Origin: Phoronis australis
Taxonomy: Eukaryota; Animalia; Phoronida
DNA: 64,000 nt
Assembly: GCA_002633005.1 (NCBI GenBank)
Contig: NMRA01000098.1
Coordinates: 557,435 to 621,434, forward strand
Direction of reading: 5' to 3'
Shown here: one piece after another, positions 62,408 through 64,000 of the stretch
How the letters are laid out: each line of letters begins with the position of its first letter
Numbering within the stretch: the first letter of the stretch is position 1
Made by a program: the position numbers and the translations under genes
The notes under the pieces: model-generated
Database searches by the model: none
Seen by the model: the letters and a program-made list of their open reading frames with translations, nothing else
What the model was told of the DNA's origin: nothing

Positions 62408-64000
62408 GTGGTGAAGAAAGCTTGATCGGGTTCAGCTCCAGGTCCAAGTGGCATCCCGTACAAGGCCTACAAGAAGTGTCCCTTGCTGCTAAGGCAGCTG
62501 TGGCTGATTCTAAGAACAGTATGGAGAAAGGGCAAGATACCAACTGTCTGGAAGGTCGCAGAGGGGTGCTTTGTGCCCAAGGAGGATTCTGCTGTGATTG
62601 ACCAGTTTAGAACAATATCACTGCTGAGTCTAAAAGGCGGGATGTTCTTTGGGATCCTTGCTAGGAGGTTGACATCATATTTCTTAGACAACAACTACAT
62701 AGACACAGCTGTCCAGAAGGGAGGAATTTCTGGTTTCTCAGGCTGTGCTGAACATACGAGTGTCTTGAGCCAGCTAATTAGGAGGCCAAGTCGAAGAGGA
62801 AAGACCTGACATGTGTGTGGCTCGACTTAGCCAATGCCTACGTTTCCATACCGCACCAGCTAATCAACTTAGCAATAGAGTACTATCACGTTCCGGAGCA
62901 TATCAGTCGCATTTAAGCAGATTATTTTGAGGAATCCAGTTGAGGTTTACTGCAGGTGCCATCACTACAGACTGGATCAAGGTGGAAAGCGGTATAATAA
63001 CTGGTTGTACCATCTCTCCTACTCTGTTCATCATGGGGATGAATTTTCTGATAAAGGCTGGAGAAAGGGAATGTAAGGGTCCGAGGCTACAGTCCGGTAT
63101 CGTGGTGCCTGTAATTAGATCATTTATGGAGGATTTGACAATAATTACGGTGACGTATGTGCAAGCTTGGTGGATTTTGGCAGCACTAGAGGATGTTGCA
63201 AAATGGGGTCGTATGAAGTTTAAACCCAGGAAGTCGAGACTTCTGATAATGAGAGGAGGGAAATTGGTCAACAGACTTACCTTGGCCATTCAAGGCGAAG
63301 AAATTTCATCAATTGTTAACAACCCCATCAAGTGCCTAGGTAAATGGTACGATTACAAGAACAACATCAAGCAGATGGAGACCCAGGTGACGGAGTGGTT
63401 GAAGAGAATAGAGAAAAGCGGTCTTCCTGGCAAGTAGAAGGCTTGGATTTACCAGCACGGGCTGCTACCTCAAGCAACGTGGGGTCTTATGCTCTATGAC
63501 ATTCCGATATCGGCAGTAGAGTGCCTGGAGAGAACAGTAAGCAAATGGCTTAGGAAGTGGTTGGGAGTCCCAAGAAGCTTCACACAGGTTAGTTTTTATA
63601 GCAGAACGGTAGAGCTTCAGGTGCCTCTAGCGTCAATCACGGAGGAGTTTAAAGTAGGAAGGTGCAGGCTGGTTCTCACCTTATGCGACTCTAGAGATCC
63701 AAAGGTGAGGTATGGTGGTGTCATGACGAGATCAGGGAGACGGTGGTCAGCAGACACATCTGTGAGCCAAGCGGAGAGTTTGTTACAGATCAGAGATATA
63801 ATTGGTAGCACCTGCGCAGGACGTCAGGGGTTGGGGACATCCCTGTTCCAACAGTGGGAAAAGGCGAGTAAGAGGCAGCGGAGGGAGATGGTTCAGAAGA
63901 GCTGAGGTGAGAGCAGCAGAGAAGGAAGCCCGTAAAGCCAAGGCAGTCCAACTGAGCCAGCAGGGAGCATGGACCAGGTGGAATCTTCCAGAGAGGAAGA
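62408..64000 (+). mobile_element. Hero-like non-LTR element, copy B (near-identical to 60707 onward; runs off the window)
   Basis: Starts right after the single N at 62407; shares the frameshifts and TAG stop with copy A. Confidence 0.85.

Overview
AT-rich animal genomic DNA with spliceosomal GT-AG introns; the repeat spectrum suggests a marine invertebrate, possibly a lophotrochozoan (inference). There are two convergent genes. (1) + strand, 1103-31673, 5'-incomplete: a large uncharacterised protein (>1340 aa) with a long, partly Cys-rich N-terminal region and five predicted TM helices. I rebuilt it by hand from 11 phase-consistent exons, plus four candidate frame-preserving small cassette exons. 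(2) - strand, 54335-40949: a complete 10-exon SLC22/organic cation transporter-like MFS gene (571 aa). Mobile DNA includes TTAA-flanked Kolobok-type elements (one with THAP and KolX remnants, and one foldback element whose ~315-bp inverted arms include the THAP start), CWG-targeting Harbinger-like MITEs, Helentron-type (HINE) non-autonomous elements, a decayed Ngaro/DIRS tyrosine-recombinase retrotransposon, a Hero-like RLE non-LTR element, CR1/L2 fragments and abutting hAT/Gypsy remnants. Several single-N joins separate near-identical duplicated blocks. These look like uncollapsed haplotypes, and one of them exposes a 1.6-kb presence/absence polymorphism. No database searches were possible, so family calls rest on motif recognition.
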